Assembly (NCBI RefSeq): GCF_001194135.2
Contig: NC_068981.1
Span: 98,594,160-98,639,894, forward strand
Direction: 5' to 3'
Origin: Octopus bimaculoides
Lineage: Eukaryota
Length of the DNA stretch: 45,735 nt
Within the stretch, counting starts at the first letter, position 1. Each line of letters opens with the position of its first letter. The position numbers and the translations under genes were made by a program. Below, one piece after another: positions 1 to 15,120 of the stretch. A model generated the notes under the pieces. That model did no database searches. It was not told the DNA's origin and saw nothing but the letters and a program-made list of their open reading frames with translations.

Positions 1-544
1 AGAGAGAGAGAGAGAGAGAGAGAGGGAAAACAGGTTTCTTTCAGTTTCCATCTACCAAATCTACTCACAAGGATTTGGTCAGCCCAGGGCTGTAATAAGA
101 GACACTTTCTCAAGATGCCACACAGTTGTAGGACTGAACCCAGAGCCATGTGGTTGGGAAGCAAGCTTCTTACCATACAGATATAACATTATACAATATT
201 ATCTTTGATATAGGCTTATTGTTTTCACGGATTAATATCAAAGAAGCTACCTGAACAATTTTAAAGCACTATGCTACTTTCAGTGAATACACTTAGCAAA
301 AAAACAAAAAAAATATTGTCTCTGAGGTAAGTTTTCAAAAGGACTGACAAGCTCCTATGATTTACAAATGTGTCTAGAGTACCTCCTACTGTGGAAAAAG
401 GGGAAAGTTAGAATTGAAATGTGCTTATGGAATTAAGAAAATGAGAAAACACTATAATGACTGATATTTTTGTATTGTGACTGTTAAATGAGTTCAATCA
501 CTAAATGAAACAATAAACATATGTAAACGATATACATAACTTAC

Positions 545-608
545 AACTTGGACTGTATGGTGTCTTTTTCATTAGACACATCCTCAAGACTGCGATCACC
601 AAGGGAAT
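545..608 (-). CDS. RAD50: RAD50 exon 24, 64 nt, phase 1-2
   Basis: (D)[20 protein letters not shown] vs human [20 protein letters not shown]; tgaaag / gtaagt. Confidence 0.88.
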
Positions 609-3600
609 CTTTCAAGTAAGGAAAAGAAATATAAGCAGTTGTGTTAAAAGCAAAAGCTTTCACATTAGATTAAATAACAGCTAGCTAGTGTATTCTATGC
701 ACAGTACAATAAATATCACATTTATAAAGTTGTAGGGATTTGAACTCTTAACACGAAATTATTTGTTCGTTGTAAGTATTGGTTTGGTATGGGATACAGA
801 CCATCCAAGTGGAGATCTTGTCTCTGATGTTTTAACAAGCATTAGAACATTTATCGTACTTGAAGATGCAAGTACAAAATTGTGATTATAATTTTGTTTC
901 CCCTCTCCCTTCAAAATATTTTAAGTCTCAATGTTTTCTTTTATGGCTTTCTGTTGCTTTTATTTAGATTTATTTGTAAATTTCAAGATGTCTACATTCA
1001 GTTTTCATACATCCCTCCATTTTCTGGTGACTAGGATTCATTTTGAAGATTGTCTGAGGCAAGTGAAATCGAAATCAAATTTGATGACTGGCATCTGTGC
1101 TAGTGGAGTGCTAAGAGCACCATTCGAGCATGATCATTACCAGTGTAGCTTTACTGGCACGTGAAAAAAATATTTGAGTGAGGTCATTGCCAATGCCGCT
1201 GGGCTGGCTCCTGTGCAGGTGGCACATGAAAAACACCATTTGAGTGTAGCTGTTGCCAGTACCGCCTGACTGGCCCTTGTGCCAGTGGCACGTAAAAGCA
1301 CCCACTACACTCTCGGAGTGGTTGGCGTTAGGAAGGGCATCCAGCTGTAGAAACTCTGTCAGATCCGATTGGAGCCTGGTGCAGCCATCTGGTTTGCCAG
1401 TCCCCAGTCAAATCATCTAACCCATGCTAGCATGGAAAGCAGACGTTAAACGATGATGATGATGATGATTGTCATGAGTGAGCCACAGCATTTTCACATG
1501 GACAACCTAAGAATCGACCAATCATCTTGAAACATATATTTTAGCAATGTGGGAGTTCTGTTAGAACAAACTTTACTGTGGTAGATACCATGAGAGAAAC
1601 TCTTGTATAGGCTTTTGGTCTCACTAGCAGGGAGACAAATCTCCACCAACTCCAGCAGTTGAGCATCCATCATCAATAAAAGCAAAGAAGGTTGAAATCA
1701 CGTGATCTGGTGGCCTTGGTGTTTGAGTTGGTGGAGATTTATTTCCCCTCTAGTGATATTAACAAGCATGCATTTTGCACCAAAAGCCTATTCCAGTTTC
1801 TCTCGTGGTATCTACTGTAGTCAAGTTTGTTTTAACAGAACACCCAAATTTAAAGGGGAATAAATACAATCATCTTGAAGTGATGTCATGACCATCATCT
1901 CAAATGTTCTTGAAATTCACACCCTTTTTCACTAGTTAAAGAGTTCTGGCACCTAAATCACAGCAGATCATTAACTGCATTTCAAGCAGAACAGATCTCA
2001 GCTCTCACAAAAAAAAAAGACAAGAAAAGAGCCTTAACAAGTTTCAAGGAATTTGTATCTTTTCATCTCTCACTTTCCAGATAATAAATGGCTGAGCAAA
2101 TACAGTTAAGTGCATTTCTACATCCTAGTCTCGTTACCAGTGAGGATTTTCAAAATATATGTGTGTATACAAATATAGCCTTCTCTTAAGGTCGCTTTTG
2201 TTGTAATTCTGACAAGATCGCTTTTGTTGTTAATACACACAGCCAGCTTTATCTCACACCAAGATTAATACAGCATCATCATCCCCTTGACAATGATACA
2301 ACACCTCAACACAGTCAAACAATGCAACACTAGATAACCAATGCATTTTAAATGCACAACCCCATATTCAGATACACAAGAGTGAAAACCCATTTAAGAT
2401 GCTCTGAAATTGCACAATTGGCTTCTACATGTGCAGCTAATGCAAAGAATGAAACATGAAGCTTACCCATATCTACATCAGATATCAATGATTTCTGGAT
2501 CCTTGACTTCTTGTTGAGTTCTTTCACTTCAGCAAGATAGCGATCAATCATGAGGATATCGGGCAGGATACTTTTAGCCATGGACTCATCACTCATAAGG
2601 TCTTGCTGGTCTTCTTCTGCCTATAAGTTATAGAATATAGGCCTTTAGGGGTAGAATTAATGTGTTCAATGTGTCGTTAAATCTGAATTCCACTCTCATT
2701 CTGTTACTTAATTAGAATATCAACTAAATATAAACCAGAAATTTAACAAATAAAACCAAATCAAAATTTTTCCCCTAAATAAGAAGTCATTATTTGACTG
2801 TGTTTTAGACTACTAACCATTATAGCCAGCATTATCTAAAAGCTGGTGGAATCATTAGCACGTGGGGTGAAATGCCTAATGGTATTTCGTCTGTCTTTAT
2901 GTTCCAAGTTCAAATGCTGCTGGGGTTGACTTTACCTTCCATCCACTTGGGGTTGATAAAATAAGTACCAGTTGAGCACTGGAGTCAATCTAATCAACTT
3001 AGCCCTTCCCCCAAAATTGCTGGCCTCGTGGCAAAAATTTCAAACCAATATCTAAAAGAAATTGTTATGCTATATACCTCTCTGCCTAAACATATTTCTT
3101 TTGCATTTTCTTTACATATAACTGATTATATTTGTCTGTATAACTTGTAGTTCACCCAGTGAATAATTAATATGTTGAAATAAATAATGGTTAAAAAATA
3201 ATAAAACAAACTATCCCATTTGTGATTGTAAATTTTAAAATAGTAAAGAAAACAATTTGTATTAATCTTCCCATCCTGCTTGTCTATGTATCTACTGTAT
3301 CCAACTATCAATTTTAGTTTTGTATTTCAAAATAAACTGTACAAACCTCTTGAATACTTTTGTTCAGTTTCACAATAGCATTGTTGGTACTGTCTAACTT
3401 ATTTTTAATGTCAGGTAGTTCAGTTGTAGAAAGAAGAGTCAGCTAGAAATTGAAAAAGAACAGAAATTATTGTGAACAATATTACAATTTTAAGCAAAAA
3501 AAATTGCTTTTAGAAAATATGCTATTCAAGATGACAAGTGATTGAGACCTTTCACAATTTGCTATGCTTGAGAAGACTTTCTGAGCAAAGTGAAATCATA

Positions 3601-6600
3601 GTTGTGACCAGTACCGGTGGCACATAAATGGCACCTATACCAGTGACATGTAAAAGGCATCAACTACACTACACAGCCATAGGAACCAAGTCAAATAAGA
3701 ATGGAAACTGGTACAGCTCTCTGGCTTACCAGTGCCAGTCAGACCATCTAACCCATGCCAGCATGAAAAACAGAACTAAATGATGATGATGATGAAGACA
3801 CACATACATTTCATACACTGGAACTAATGAAGGATCTATGAAGTCACTCAACCTACAGTATATGCTGGCCAAATCTTAAAATGTTCCATATGCCTTTAAA
3901 ACGGTGTCAGTGCATGTGAAAAATACAGACATTTAGAGACATATTATTCAAAAAAATATAATCATTTTTCATATAGACTCATACATATGTGGTGGAGTTT
4001 CTATGTGGTCATTTCACTTGTTTGACAAGGCAGAAAATTCTCTTAGCAAACACTTTACTGTCTTTAAAGTAAAGATCACATTTTGGAACCCACAATAAAA
4101 ACAAGACAGTCGGAGTAAAATACTGATTAAAGAGAAAAGTCTGATGCAAAACGACATTGAACATCTTATATGGACGTATGTCAAATTGTTTCTAAACATT
4201 CAGCTATCTCTTTCTGTGAAGAACTGACTGGGCTTGCTCAACAGTAACAATAACAACACATATGCACAAGCCAACAAAAAGCTTTTACATAGCCACTTCC
4301 CTTTTGAAGAAATAGCATCCAAATCTCCCTTAAATTACACTTTGTCATCTTAAAAATGGAAAGATACATTAGATAATGAAGTTCTAGATACTCTTTGATT
4401 AATAAAAAAAAAGACAAGATGGTCATAGCTGAAATGCCTTTCATCATCTGTCTATTCAATTTCGACTTACTTGGAGCTGCACAAACAATACAAACTCATG
4501 GACTTGAAAACATAATTATGTTCAACATTAATGTTTTGAACTTCAAATTTCATTGTGAACTATCTTTGATATGTTAAATTTCCACAGTACCTAAATGTTT
4601 CCACTAATTTTCATATCAATTGAAGATAATGAAAGTATCTTAGCATTGGCAGGGTCACCAAGTAACTTGCAAGACAATGATCCTTTGAGAGAAGAAGGGG
4701 AATCACTTCCTCCAATGCCTGCTCCCCTCTCAAAGGATCTTTGTCTTGCAAGTTACTTGGTGGTCCTACCAGTGCTGATGCCACGTAAAAAGTATTCAGT
4801 CCATACTGTAAAGTGGCTGGTATTAGGAAGGGCATCCAGCTGTAAAAACCCTGCCAAAACAGACACAGAAGTCTGGTGCAGGCTCCTGTCTAACCCATGC
4901 CAGCACGGAAGGCAGATGCTAAAGTGTTGGTTTATCACTTCTAACATCTAAAGATGTTGGAAGTGTTGGTTCATTATTTTTTAAATGTTCATTTTTCCAT
5001 ACTTGCATGGGTCAGACAGAGTTTATTGACAGATTTTCTACAGCGAGGTGTTCTTCCTGTCACCAACCCTCACATGTTCTCAGGCAAGTTAATATTTCCC
5101 CCATGCCCGGACAAGCTTTTGCAGAATATTGACAATGAATGACTGCTTCTACGACCATGACAATCATTTGCAACTATCACATGGTATCAAGACAAGAAGA
5201 CATAAATATTCACACTCACACATACATAAATACATCTTATCTGCTTATTCCCGAGAGGGTCGTCAGGGTAGATTCCTCAAGCCCGCCTTCCATCGGCTCC
5301 TGTCAGAAGTAACCATCTCCAATTGAACCAGGCTGGACCCACAAGCAAGAGCAACTGAGCTCATGGATGTTATCCAACCATTTTGTCTGCAGTCTATCCT
5401 TGGGTCTCCTGCCAGTTGGTTTTGCCAGTAAAACCTGTCCAGCAATTTTTTCCTGAGTCATTCTAACCACATGTCCATTGTATTGGAGATGCGATCTCTC
5501 AATTTGGAGAAGTATTAGTTGTACTTGGAACACCTCTCTGATCTCTGTGCTATACACTCTATCAAGTGACATTACTCCAAAGACCCTTCGAAGGAACCCC
5601 ATTTCTGCCACTTCTACTCGCAATTGTATTCCTTTGGTCATTACCCCAGATTCACGACCATAGATATGAGTAGGAACAAACACTGAATTGAGGATAGTGA
5701 GTTTAGCTTTTACACCTACCTTCCTTCTTCTGATGACCGAATGCTGAAACTGGTTCTTTTACTACACCAACACCTGCAATTCTTGCACTTATTTCAGTCC
5801 CCCCCCCCACTGCCTTCCATCATTCATGTATAATGGGTCTCTTTCAGTTTCCGTCTACTAAATTAACTCAAGGTTTTTGTTGGCCTGGGGCTATAATGGA
5901 AGAAACTTGTCCAAGTTGCCATGCAGTGGGACTGAACACAAAACCATACGGTTGGGAAGCAAATTACTAAACCATGCAACACTGCTTCTGCCTATCAGTT
6001 CTCATTGAGTAAATCTGAAGTTCCAAAGCAACAATAACAAGACTGCAACATTACAGAAATGTATGTGAAAAACTTACATTTTCCTTAATTGGTTTCAACT
6101 GTTGTAGAGTGTCATATTCATTCTGGTATTGTTCAAGGTCTCCCTCACTTTTACGCAGTTTAGATGGGACCATCCGTAATTTATTCTCAAGCTACAAGAT
6201 AAAAGAAAGGAAATGTCATGATAATTAAGAAGCATTGCAAAACCCATTATTCTATGGTGATGTAGGTTGGACAGGTCTTCAATGCAGCATGTCACTATTT
6301 GTCATCTTCTGTAAGAGGCCAAAAATCCCTACATCCCTAAGTCTGACCTCACTATATTCTCAAGTTTTTTGTGATATATCTACTAAAACTACTCTCTAAT
6401 GTTAACAAATAAAAAGAAACATTTTCTATATAAACAATGAAATTATTAGTTCATTTTTTCATACAAAGGAAGAAAATATATCAAAAGTATTTCTTTAAAA
6501 AAAGAAGAAATAAAATAATCTTAATATGCTTTCCTTCTTGAAACAAAAGAATGGATGAACCACTAATAAAGCTGTTTATAAAGTGAAATACAACTGGATC

Positions 6601-9600
6601 AACCACTACTGTGAGAGGTTTCCATTTGGACAAAAATGGATGTGTGATAGATGTATCTCACAAACAATGATCCAGAAAAATACAAGACATGTACACAACT
6701 CACTCATTCCTTTGGAACATATCCACACACACACACTTGAAGATGTCTGACACTTGAAATACAAGGTTACTGATGGAAAATTTCCATCACACACTTCAAT
6801 TTGAAAAACTTTTTCACTTGGCATTCACATTACAAGTCCATATCAGCCCAATTGACCTTCCTACTAATACTTGTGATGCTCCAAATTCTTCCTTACCTCA
6901 ATTTTGCTTGTTTTCACATAAAAATGACAATGGCCAATATTCAGTTCTTCAGTCACTTTAGATTGTCTGCATCCATCACCCAGGCTTCAGCACCATGCAA
7001 CATGACACTTGTCACATATATTTGTGACATGCACCCTCAATTGAGGTGGTGTAGTACTGACAGAGGTGGCTTTACGCCAGGTGATGAGAGGTTAAAGTAT
7101 GAGAGAAGGTCAAAAACAGGGGTCTTGCTGTAGATATATGGCTACCCCAGTTGGAAAAGAAAATGAAGGAGAAAATGTGTCATGGTATACCCTCAAGTTA
7201 CGGGAAGGTGAATACGAAAGAAGTAGTACAGAAGCCTGGACAGGATGGGTGGATAGGTGAGTAAATTCATGAGTGTGAAAGGAGAATGGATGAAGATGGA
7301 GATTGCCAACCACTTTACAGAGTGTAATGGGTGCTTTTGCACAGAATTGGTACAGGTGCTTTTCCATGGCACTGGCACAAGTGCTTTATGCACAGTACCA
7401 GCACCTACAAGCCAACAAGATCAGGACTGTTCAGTTGGTATAATATAAACTGTCATATTATACCAATTGTCCTCTATAAGGCAAACATTCGGACAATATA
7501 CAGAGAAAGGGAAAAGTAAATGTCTTTGAGATGAGGATTTTTCACAGATTGGGCAGAATAAGCTGGAATTACAGGGAAACTCACCTCTAATATTAATTCC
7601 CGAATTTCTTGCTCCTGTTCAAAGCCTCGATGACATAACGGACAACATGGACTATCTTTCTTCAGGTCAACAACAAATTTCTTGTAAAAATGTTCTGAAC
7701 CCGTTAAAGACCCACGTAGGCTTTACAAAAGGTTAAAAGAAAAAAAATAAACCATAAATTATCATATCACAAAATTATAAATTGAAAAGATATAGTTGAT
7801 TGATTACAGACATACACAAACACAAGGCCTATGCTCCAATGATTCAGCCTATTAACAATAATAATCTTGATCTCCAGCTTTAAATAGAGCTTGTGTTAAA
7901 ACACAGATTACTGCATTATTTACCTTGAGAGGATCTCACATAAGGACTCATGGTGCATAAAAGCACTCATAATTATATTATTGACAGATGAGCATCAACT
8001 GTTATGGCTGCCACATCATGTGATTTCACCTTGCTATGGATTCCTCAGTAACAGATGCCCAACTGCTCATTAACAGCTGAATTTCCCATCAATTATATAT
8101 AGAATCTCAGTGTCTATTCAGGAACTGGCGTTGCAAATAGCCAGTGGGCTGATTAAAGAAGAATTAATAGCAACAGAAGCAGTATTAATACCAAACGGTA
8201 ATCTTGACCTTCAATTTAGCGTGGATCATGAATTAGAACACAGGTAACTGCATTATTTACCTTGAGAGGATATCTCATTAGGATTTGTGGTGCATAAAAG
8301 CATTCATAATTATATTGCTGATAGGTGATAATGGTTTCTAATTTAGGCACAAGACCAGTTATTTTGAAGAGAGAGTGTTAAGCAATTACATCAACCCTAC
8401 TGAGCCCAAAGGGATGAAAGGAAAAGTTGGCTTTGATGCGATTTGAACACAGAAGGTAGAGAACTGGAACAAATAGTGCAAGGCATTTTTTTAGATGCTC
8501 TAATTTGTAAAACTGTCAGACGACTGTCTCCAGGGATAATTATTTCAAATTTAGCTAAGTGGCTAGAAACTGCATGTGGAACAAATGATTGTACCAACCC
8601 CAGTACTTGAGTGGTAAATAAATAAACTATCCCAGTAAACTGAAAAAACAAAATGATCTTAATGACTGGAATGGACACTATTTTGTTATGTAACTAGAAT
8701 ATACTACAAAGTATATTAATATAATTTCAACAGAAAATCTGTAGAGATAACCTTAAAGTGATCTTACTCTTGCACTTGAGTGAGCTTTAGCTGTATGTTC
8801 TGTAAGCTATCTTCAAAAGTGTCCTCTCCACAAGCATCTTGCAGCTTTTCTTCCAGCTCTGCAGAAAAAGTCACCAAAAGAAAAGTAAGTTAGGGAAACA
8901 AGCGATTTGAAATATCATGTATGCTTAAAAAAAAAAAATTTTAAAAAAATGTATGAGTGAGATGTGATCTTTGATCTGTTTAGGAGGGTAATAATTCTGA
9001 ATAAAAATTTGCTAACTTGGACAGTGGTGACTCTATCAACTTACATTAGCAACCAGATGGAGTTGATTGAGCAGACCTATGATGATAAGGATCCCGTTTG
9101 TAACCCACCTGTCTTTTTTCAGGAATAGTTTACTTAGGACTACAAAATCTGTGTTGCCTCTTTTCTTAAAATGGTAGAGTGTGATATGAGGGAGATTTGA
9201 ATGCTACTTTTAGCAGATCAAACAACCATGAAGAATGGTAATTGTTGGTGTTGTTACTGAGGAATGGATTAAGGCAGTGGTTTGACAAAATTGTTAAGAC
9301 ATTGGAGAAAATGCTTCACATTATTTAGTTACAGGTCTTAACATTCTGTGTTCAAATCCTGTCACAGTCAACTTTGAACACATTAGATTCTTTTAAGATT
9401 TGAACTCAGAACATGAAAGGTGGTAATTAAAATCTCATGGCATTTTGCCGAATGCTCAGCTAATTCTGCCAATCCAACACATTGTCATTGTTATATGCTG
9501 TTATGGAAACAAAACATTTTTACTCACTTTTTAATTCATTCTCTCTTTTCCGCATATCTTCTCTGCATGAAATGAAAATGTAAATTTAATAAGATAAAAT

Positions 9601-11020
9601 TTTTTTTAAATGTTTATAAAATAACAGTAAAACAACTTTTTCTTTTTGTCTTTGGTCAGTAAGTGTTATTTCCTTTCGCTCCTATTTAGAAATCAAAGGA
9701 AATGACTACAATTCCCTTCAAATTTTGCTTTTGTGACCTGGACATCAATGTTTTGAAACTGACTTATTTTTCATTACACTTCAGACGGATTCAATTTTAA
9801 GTTGCTGAAGTAGAAGTATGATTATAGCTAATATTCTGCTCAATATCACAGATTTGCTTGACTATAACCACTTGAGCATGTCACTTAGTGGCTGATAATA
9901 TGTGCATCTCTGATCATGAGCAGGAGTAGTGTAGGAGCATCACAGTCATGTGTTTGGCAGGATTAAATGTAACAAAAGCAAAATTTGAAGGAAATATTAG
10001 CCATTTTTCATAACTTCTAGGGGTAAGCAAATAAGAAATAATAGTTGCTACCCAAGGATAAAAATCATGTTACACAGTGTAATAGGTACAAAAGTGGAAA
10101 ACTAATTCCAAGTAATTTCATAAGTATAACCCGAAGTTACTACATATAGGAAACCAACGATGGTGCAAGATATGCCAGGAGATGAGAACTTGCTATAGAC
10201 AGTGTAATTTGGCTTTCTTTACTTGGCTGGTCTTTGTCTCATAGATGCGTGTGTGAGTGTGCGTGCATGTCAACCACATGTATGCATGTGTGTGTATGTA
10301 GTGTTTGTTTGTTGAGTATGGTGGCTGTAAATGATGTTTTTCAGTGTTGCTCATAAGAAAATTATGGATTATATAGGCACTTCTTTAAGTTAGTCTATTT
10401 TCTTAAAGCCATATTTTTCAGTGGTTGATGCTGGTTTGGAATAGTTTGTGCTGTTAAATTGGCTATGAGTAGAGAGAGAAGTTGCATAAGAGAAAAAGCA
10501 GAAAGCGAACACAGTGTATCAGATGGGTTTTAGTTATAGTTAGTTGGTGAACAGAGGTTTGCTAATTAGTCAGATGGTTGGGTTGAGTAGTTAACATTAT
10601 GAAGGGTTCTAAGCATTTAATGACCCTTCCTGACACAAGTACATTCTATATCATACCAAATAGTAAAAGGTATGTCCATTCTGTATTGAACACTTTGTTC
10701 AAGATTTCTCTTCAAAATTATACTCTTGAAATTCTGCCTGTCCACAGCATCTTTCAAAATCCCATTTCTAGTCTTCAACAATTCAAAGTTAATATTAACT
10801 GCTATCAATCAAGAACAAAAACTCAACTACATATATTCAATGAAGATAAAAAGGTTAAAAACAAAACAAAATACACCAACTTACAAGAGCATTCTCTTCT
10901 GAGTTTCTTTACTGGACAAGTCTTGCCTTAGTTTATCCAACTTTTCAGTTGACTTTTGGACACTAATTGACTGTTTGCTGCAGAAAATTTGAAAAATATC
11001 AATGTTTGATTCATAGATAA

Positions 11021-11051
<31 letters not shown>

Positions 11052-14000
11052 GTGCGTGATCAATATGATCCTTTAGCATCCATTTTCCATGCTGCATTGG
11101 GTTGGATGGTTTGACCAGAAGTGGCAAACTGGGAAGCTGAACTAGGTTCCAGTTTGATATAACTTGGTTTCTATGGCTGAATGCCCTTCCTAATGCCAAC
11201 CTCATTACAGTGTGTGCTGGATGCTTTTAAAGAGCCACCAGCATGAGCACTTTTACATGGGACCAGCAGAAGACTCTTGGCCAATCCTCTTCACCAGAGG
11301 ATGCAGCCTTAACACTTCTGCTATGGAGGATGGGTCTTCTAGAGCAGGGGTTTTCAAACTGTGGTCCGCAAAGACAAGACAGGGGGTTCGTGGACAGCAA
11401 ATACTTTTTATGGGCAATTTGATTTTATGTGTTTTTTAATCGAAATCTTTTAATTGACAATAAACCTATTTGTTAAATACTGTTAAATAAATAAATGTAA
11501 AAATATATGTTATTTTAAGCAAATATTTATGTATAAATTTCATAAGCGTTTATAAGGGGGTCCCTAAGGTAAAGCCTGAAATATAAAGGGGTCCGCAAGT
11601 CAAAAAGTTTGAAAACCCCTGTTCTAGAGTACAGCAAGGACACACACTCACATATATATTATAGAAAACTACATTAAAAACTAAACAAGTATTCAGTAAC
11701 CAAATTCTTTTTAGAACCATCAGCTATACTGTATAGCTAAACTGAAGTCACATCATCTATATGTCATCTATCTAAATGATTATATAATAAATTTTAAATA
11801 AAATATACAAAGAAAGGTATAAGATTAACAACACAGGATTGATTAAATTTACTGCAGGGACAACATTCAGCAAATATATTAATTCAATATATTTGAACAA
11901 ATAAATAAATAATAATAATAACCATTTCTACTATAGGCACAGGGCCTGAAATTTTGGGGATGAGGTTTAGTCGATTACATCAACAGCAGTACTCAACAGG
12001 TAATTATTTTATCAATGCCAAAAAGATGAAAGACAAATTAGACCTCGGCAGAATTTGAACTCAGAACATAAAGACGGATGAAATGTCACAAAGAATTTTG
12101 CTAACGATTCTGTCAGCTCACTACCTGGGTTCAAATTTTGGTACAAGGCCAGCAATTTTAGGGAGAGGATAAGTCAATTACGTTGACCCCCAGTATTCAG
12201 CTGGTACTTATTTTATCAACTTTAAAGGCAAATTCAACCTTGGTGGAATTTGAACTCAGAATGTAAAGATGGACAAAATGCCACTAAGCATTATGCCTGC
12301 CATGCTAATGATTCTGCCAGCTTGCTGCCATATAGTAAGATAATAATAAAACTGACTGAGCCATCCATTGGTTTTGCTATATAAATATATCTAAATAACT
12401 CAAAATATAGCTAAAAATACTACATACAGTTGACATGATGTTCATAGTACACTAACTTCAGGAGATGAGTTAGAAGCAGCATCAGATTTTTCTTTTCTCT
12501 TTTTTTTTTTTTAATGAATTAATCAAACGACTTAGCAGCGGCTGCACTGCCGTCATCACCTTTACCATTTAAAATCCATTTTTTCCATTCTTGCATGGGT
12601 CAGACAGAATTTGTTGAGGCAAGTTTTCTACAGACAGATGGTCATCCTGTCACAACTCTCACCAGTTTCCAGGCGAGATAATATTTCCTCAGGGCTTACC
12701 CGGCCTAAATGTTTGCAACGAAGTGGATGCTGCTTAAGATTTTCCAAGGGCCAGTTTGTGCTGTTAAACACAACCTTTATTGACCTTACAAATGCACTGA
12801 ACACTATCAGTCATGAAGGACTCAAGAGATTCATGGTCATGTACACATGTCCTGACAAGTTTACTTCTCCAGTGTAGTAAATTTTGCCACATCAAGGCAG
12901 AAGACAATGGAAAGTTGATGACAGCCTTACAAGTGACAAATGGTGTTAAACAAGGATGTGTGCTGGTATAGATACTTTTCAGAATGCCATGTGTACCTTC
13001 TGCTGTTAGGATATACATTTTAAAAGTATAACTTTAATATGGACTTTTGAGACTAGTGTTAGTTAACCAAAATATCTTTGTATGCTGACTGGCAGTGGAA
13101 GGCATGATACGTGTGAGGGAAAGTTTTTACAACTTTCAAGTCATACTCCATTGCAGTTGACATCTGATATGTGTGTGTTTGTGTGTATTCACACGCACAA
13201 GCATGCATCTACCAAATCCTACTTGCAAGGTATTGGCCAATCCAAGGCTATAAAAGAAGACATTTACCCAAAGAGCCATGCAACAAAATCAAACCTAGAA
13301 GCACATACTTACTTGCAAAGCCACTTTCTTTGCCATACAGCCATACCTGCTGTTGTCTCAATGTCCTGACTTCGAAAAAATTTCGCAAGGATGAAGTCTG
13401 TAAGTTCTAATTTAATGTTATTTAATTTTTACTCAAAACTGATTCTAGGTCTCTCACTTCAAAGTCTATTTCTATATGACTTAATATCCTCACAACTCTC
13501 ACACTTGGTTTGCAATACAAAGAATCAATTTAAATTGTTTGTTTAGACAGAAACCTAAAAACGACCCTCTCCACTAAGGCTGATAAAAATTAACTTCTCC
13601 ACTATGACAGAATTACTATATGTATAAATATAAAGGGTTTTTACCTCACATATTCTTCCAAAGTTCCACGGAGATCATTACGTGGCATTTCTCCCAAAAG
13701 ATGAATAATGCTGGTTTCATGGCGCGATTTACTAATAACAAAAAAAATGAAAATAAAGTTATATTTTGATGTTCTGAATTAGACCTGCATGGTATTTCTT
13801 TGAATATAATTGCTGGAGACAATACAATATCTTTAGATAAAGCAAATGAAATTTTAAATATTTCCCATTTAAATTATGAATACAGGAAAGAGAGGAAAAT
13901 TCAGATTTTTAACTTAATTGATGCGATCATATTTATAAAACAACTTTCTCCTTTGTTGATAATTTTTGTCAGATGATATCTAAGCTTTCATTTATGCCAC

Positions 14001-15083
14001 ACATCAATTTTACATGTTTCAGACCTAATCTACTAGCTACAGAAAATAATATCAGGTTTCTATATAAACTCTCATTTTTCTCTCTATGAAAATAATTATG
14101 TCAATCCATGGAAATATCTATCTATTAGCTGCTTAACACTAGATACTGGATTTAAGCATTGGAGAGTAAAAGTACATTCACAAACATGAAAACTTTGATA
14201 CTGTAGTAGCAACGGTTTTTTAAAGCCATACATACATAGTATAACACAAAATTCTAAATAGAAATAGAAACAGTTTAAATCAGAGGTTCCCAAAGTGGGT
14301 GGTGGAAAGTTCCAAGTTGAAGTGGGGCAATAATGGGGTAGCGCTTCATGTAAAAGCAACAAAATAATGGGTTCATTAGGTTAAGTATTATTTGTGAAAT
14401 ACAGTTGCTTGGGGGCGCTAGGAATGTGGCCTGTGTGTCAAGGGGGAGGCAGCCTGGAAAAGTTTGGGAACCACTGGTTTAAATCAACTAAGTGAGGCAA
14501 ACAAAATCTTATAAATAAAAAAATAAATTATGAATAAAAATTCAAACCTTCTACTAAAGTATGTTTGTACCTGGATTACAAAAAATACTTTATCGCTTAT
14601 AGCAGCAGTTTTTGAATGCACTAACTGCTAAAAAAAGGCTTCACTCAGCTATATATTATCTTGTAGTCAAAGAATGACTTCCTTTATACAAGATGCATTC
14701 AAAATGTATCTGACTTTATTCTTTCTTGCCAAACTAATGCCACCTTTCCCGTGCATATATCTAGATTACAAATGTGTAGTGCAAGCTTGGATTTTTCTTT
14801 TCATGCAAGATAACTGAATGTGTTGGGCTCTAAGCTGAGGTGAAGTTAACTAACCTAGGAGACGGAAAACTCTGACAAAATAAGCCTAAGGTACATTGTT
14901 TATTGAGTTTGTGGCAAACATTTGCACCACCTTTCTGCTATCAACATTTCCAAAGAGTGTGGTGTGGCTGGTTTTATACAAAACTTCACCAATGAAAACA
15001 AAGCAGCTGTTTAGGTAGTCTCACAACTATTGGTTGTTAGACACTGATATGTTGAAGCTGACAAGAGAATCCAATATACACAT

Positions 15084-15120
<37 letters not shown>

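Noticed and set aside
5730-5750. CTGATGA...GAAAC as a hammerhead (also CTGAGGA...GAAAC near 28393 and CTGACGA near 15808)
   Set aside because: No stem II or stem I can form, so these are likely chance matches.
6896-6985. Open stretch ending in a good GTAAGG donor as an extra exon
   Set aside because: It lies inside a decayed RTE fragment, has no RAD50 similarity, and exons 20 and 21 already join colinearly.
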